In this document: positions 61,143-64,000 of the stretch, in pieces
Layout: each line of letters starts with the position of its first letter
Position numbering within the stretch: the first letter of the stretch is position 1
Source: an uncultured delta proteobacterium
GTDB taxonomy: Bacteria > Desulfobacterota > Binatia > Binatales > Binataceae
Direction of reading: 5' to 3'
DNA: 64,000 bases
Assembly: GCA_963724765.1 (NCBI GenBank)
Contig: CAVRVY010000004.1
Location: 480,001 to 544,000, forward strand
The notes under the pieces: generated by a model
What the model was told of the DNA's origin: nothing
What the model saw: only the letters and a program-made list of their open reading frames with translations
The model's database searches: none
Translations under genes and position numbers: made by a program

Positions 61143-62708
61143 ATGCATCACAAAAGATCGCGGTTGTGCTCGCGGATTAGCGGCGGATGCGCGGCGGCGG
61201 TCGTGTTGGCGGCGATCGCGATCTTCGCGGCGCCCCGGCTGGCCCATAGTTGGAGTGAAAGCGATTTCGAGAACCGGCCGCTGGTCGCCTACCCAATTCC
61301 CAGTGGGCGCGACGATCTGATCGGTTCGCTGCAAACCTACACCATTCGCAAGGGTGACACGCTGCTCGACGTCGCGCGATGGTACGGGCTCAGCCCCACC
61401 GAAGTTTCCAACGCCAACAATCACATGGATTGGTGGTCGCCGCCGGTGGGCAAGCTGATCGTCATCCCGACCGAGCACATCCTGCCTGCCGCGCCGCACG
61501 CCGGGATCGTGATGAACATTCCCGAGATGCGCCTATACTATTATTATCCCACGCCGGTCGGTGGCCGGCGGCGACTCGGCAAGGCTAAATTCACGCACAC
61601 CGCCTATGCTGATACTCGCCATCCGAAAGCCCACGGCGCAAAGACGCATGCCAGCGCCGGTGCGCATCCGACGGTCATCTATACTTTTCCGGTCGGACTC
61701 GGCCGCTACGATTGGCGAACCCCGACCGGAGTCTGGACCATCCGCGACAAGACCCACAATCCGACCTGGGTGGTGCCCGATGACATCTATCAGGAGCATC
61801 TCGAGCGCGACGGCGAGGCCGAACACGTGGTCGATGGCGGCGATCCCGACAATCCGCTCGGCCACTATCGTCTCGCGCTGACATTGCCGATGTACGCGCT
61901 GCATGGGACCAACGTGCCATGGGGTGTCGGGATGGAAGTCAGCCACGGATGCGTGCGGCTTTATCCCGAGGACATCGACCGCCTATATCATCACACGAGC
62001 GTCGGCACGCCGGGACGCTTCGTGTACCAGCCAATCAAGTACGGATGGCGCGGCGGTTGGCTCTACGTCGAGGTCCACGAGGATCTCTACGGCGTGTACC
62101 CGGGGCTGTGGCGCCACGCGTTGAACCTGGCGAAAAGTCAGGGCCTGCTTCCCCATATCGAAATGGTGAAACTTGAGAAGGCGGTGGAGGAGAAGACCGG
62201 CGTGCCAACGTACGTGATGCCGGGACCTGAGCCGGCCGAGGCGCTCCCGCCGACCACGGAAACCGCGAGCACGACGCCTTTGCCGGCGCCGGGCAGCGCG
62301 GCCTCCGCGCCCGACGCCGACAGCAGCGTCGGTGGCGGCAGCACCAGCAGCACGGATACGGGTACGGGTACTGGCATGGATAACGACAGCGATACTAACA
62401 CCGACAGCGGCAAGGCCGCCGCCGCGATTCCGCCAGCGCCTTCCGGCAACGTCATCAGGACTGCGCCCGCCGCCGCCGACGATAGCGCAGCGACCGAAGA
62501 CAGCGAAGGCGACACCGGGACCTCTAACGCCAGCGACGAGGGCGGCGCTCCCGACAGCGCGGCGAGCGCACCCGCCGCGGCCCCAGACAACAGCGCCGAC
62601 ACCGACGACAGCGCTGGCCGCAATGCGACGAGCGGCGCCGCTGCGCCCGGCGCCGGCGACGCGTCGCAGTGGCATCGTCTGCCGCCCGGCGCGATGCCGG
62701 TCGAGTAG
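61143..62708 (+). CDS. L,D-transpeptidase (LysM + YkuD) with low-complexity C-terminal tail
   Basis: Signal peptide, YTIRKGDTLLDVA LysM, NPLG, HGT...SHGCVRL. Confidence 0.92.
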   Translation: MHHKRSRLCSRISGGCAAAVVLAAIAIFAAPRLAHSWSESDFENRPLVAYPIPSGRDDLIGSLQTYTIRKGDTLLDVARWYGLSPTEVSNANNHMDWWSPPVGKLIVIPTEHILPAAPHAGIVMNIPEMRLYYYYPTPVGGRRRLGKAKFTHTAYADTRHPKAHGAKTHASAGAHPTVIYTFPVGLGRYDWRTPTGVWTIRDKTHNPTWVVPDDIYQEHLERDGEAEHVVDGGDPDNPLGHYRLALTLPMYALHGTNVPWGVGMEVSHGCVRLYPEDIDRLYHHTSVGTPGRFVYQPIKYGWRGGWLYVEVHEDLYGVYPGLWRHALNLAKSQGLLPHIEMVKLEKAVEEKTGVPTYVMPGPEPAEALPPTTETASTTPLPAPGSAASAPDADSSVGGGSTSSTDTGTGTGMDNDSDTNTDSGKAAAAIPPAPSGNVIRTAPAAADDSAATEDSEGDTGTSNASDEGGAPDSAASAPAAAPDNSADTDDSAGRNATSGAAAPGAGDASQWHRLPPGAMPVE

Positions 62709-62814
62709 CGCGTAAAGATCGACACGCAGCGCCCCGGATGTGCCGGACAGTGTTGAGTGTGTCCGACTCCGTCGATGCTGTGCGCTTACTGAAAAAACTT
62801 TCCGAAGAGGCAGG

Positions 62815-62834
62815 CTCGCTTCGCTCAGGATGAC
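62815..62834 (-). repeat. Single arm of a REP-like element (GTCATCCTGAGCGAAGCGAG)
   Basis: Matches the GTCATCCTGAGCGAAGCGA-type intergenic repeat as I recall it; no partner arm was found. Confidence 0.4.
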
Positions 62835-62905
62835 CCCACAGGGCCTCCGACCCTCACTACCTTGCCCGGCTTCGAAACGATCCTCTATACTCCGCACGAA
62901 ACGCG

Positions 62906-64000
62906 ATGCGACAAATCCCTTTTCATCGCCCCTCGATCGGTCCCGCGGAGGAGCGCGAGGTGCTCGACAGCCTGCGCTCGGGATGGATCACCACCGGCCC
63001 CAAGGCCAAGCGCTTCGAGAAAGAGTTCGCCGCCTACGTCGGCGCGCGCCACGCGCTGGCGGTCGCGCATTGCACGGGCGCGCTGCACCTGGCGCTGTTC
63101 GCGCTCGGCGTGGGGCCGGGTGACGAGGTTATCACCACCCCGTTTACGTTCACGGCCACGGCCGAGGTGATCGGTTACCTCGGAGCGCGGCCGGTGTTCG
63201 TCGACATCGACCCCGGCACTTTCAACCTCAACCCCGCGCGGGTCGAGGAGGCGCTCGAGAGCGGCGAGCATCGCCGCGTGCGTGCGATTTTGCCGGTGCA
63301 CTTCGCGGGGCACGCCTGCGACATGGACCGCCTGCTCGCGATCGCGCGCAGCCACAATCTGAAAATCGTCGAGGACGCGGCGCACGCGGTGGGCTCGGCG
63401 CGTCATCTCGAAGGCCGCGGGATGACACGGATCGGAGCGATCGGCGACCTTTCCTGCTTCAGCTTCTATGCGACCAAGAACATCACCAGCGCCGAGGGCG
63501 GGATGGTGACGACCGAGGACGACGCGCTGGCCGAGCGCATTGCGGTCGCGAGCCTGCACGGGATGAATCGCGACGCGTGGAAGCGCTACGACCGCAGCGG
63601 CTCGTGGTTTTACGAAATTCACGACACCGGCTTCAAGTACAACCTCTCCGACGTGCACGCCGCGATCGGCGTCGCACAGCTAGCCCGCGCCGACGAGTTC
63701 ATGCGCCGGCGCAGCGCGATCGCATGCGCCTACAGCGAGGCGCTGCGCGCCGAGCCCGCGCTCCAGGTACCGTACCAGGAGCCGGGAATCGAGCACTCCT
63801 GGCACCTCTACGTTCTGCGGATGCATCCCGAGCAGCTCCAGATAGGCCGCGCGCAGTTCGTGGAGTTGCTGCGCGAGCGCGGGATCGGCACGTCGGTGCA
63901 CTGTATCCCGCTCAACACGATGCATTTCTACCAGGAGCGCTATGGCTATCGCACCGGCGACTTTCCGATCGCCGAGGACGTGTACAGCCGATGCCTGTCG
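62906..64000 (+). CDS. DegT/DnrJ/EryC1/StrS family PLP-dependent aminotransferase (runs off the window)
   Basis: Manual translation from ATG 62906: MRQIPFHRPSIG...SGWITTGP...CTGALHLAL...PVHFAG...EDAAHA...SFYATKN...GFKYNLSD. Confidence 0.93.
   Translation, partial: MRQIPFHRPSIGPAEEREVLDSLRSGWITTGPKAKRFEKEFAAYVGARHALAVAHCTGALHLALFALGVGPGDEVITTPFTFTATAEVIGYLGARPVFVDIDPGTFNLNPARVEEALESGEHRRVRAILPVHFAGHACDMDRLLAIARSHNLKIVEDAAHAVGSARHLEGRGMTRIGAIGDLSCFSFYATKNITSAEGGMVTTEDDALAERIAVASLHGMNRDAWKRYDRSGSWFYEIHDTGFKYNLSDVHAAIGVAQLARADEFMRRRSAIACAYSEALRAEPALQVPYQEPGIEHSWHLYVLRMHPEQLQIGRAQFVELLRERGIGTSVHCIPLNTMHFYQERYGYRTGDFPIAEDVYSRCLS

Overview
High-GC bacterial chromosomal window with about 50 genes. 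The mix of a DUF1329-like gene, an LLM oxidoreductase, F420 biosynthesis, a STAND-fused class III cyclase and a DUF6178-like gene suggests a Binatota or deltaproteobacteria-like soil organism, but this is inference only. Housekeeping and metabolic blocks are: a 2-oxoacid dehydrogenase E1a/E1b/E2 operon, alpha-2-macroglobulin plus pbpC, cofG-cofH-cofD-cofE plus a polyprenyl synthase, the imuA-imuB-dnaE2 mutasome cassette, a quinol-dependent NO reductase, NAD-linked formate dehydrogenase fdsGBAD-fdhD, thiD, rlmE, uvrD/pcrA, an L,D-transpeptidase and a DegT aminotransferase that runs off the window. The best candidate for an undescribed system is a low-GC, tightly coupled three-gene cassette at 6258-8303. 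It encodes a TIGR04255-like protein, a HEAT-repeat protein and an ADP-ribosyltransferase-like protein, and resembles a tripartite toxin/antitoxin/sensor anti-phage module. Other accessory features are an intact IS630 element inserted in the signal peptide of the DUF1329-like gene, an inverted pair of REP-like palindromes inserted in frame in dnaE2, and a DUF151 nuclease-PDZ fusion with a lipoprotein-type signal. No rRNA, tRNA or CRISPR array was seen. All family assignments come from motif recognition by eye, not from database searches.
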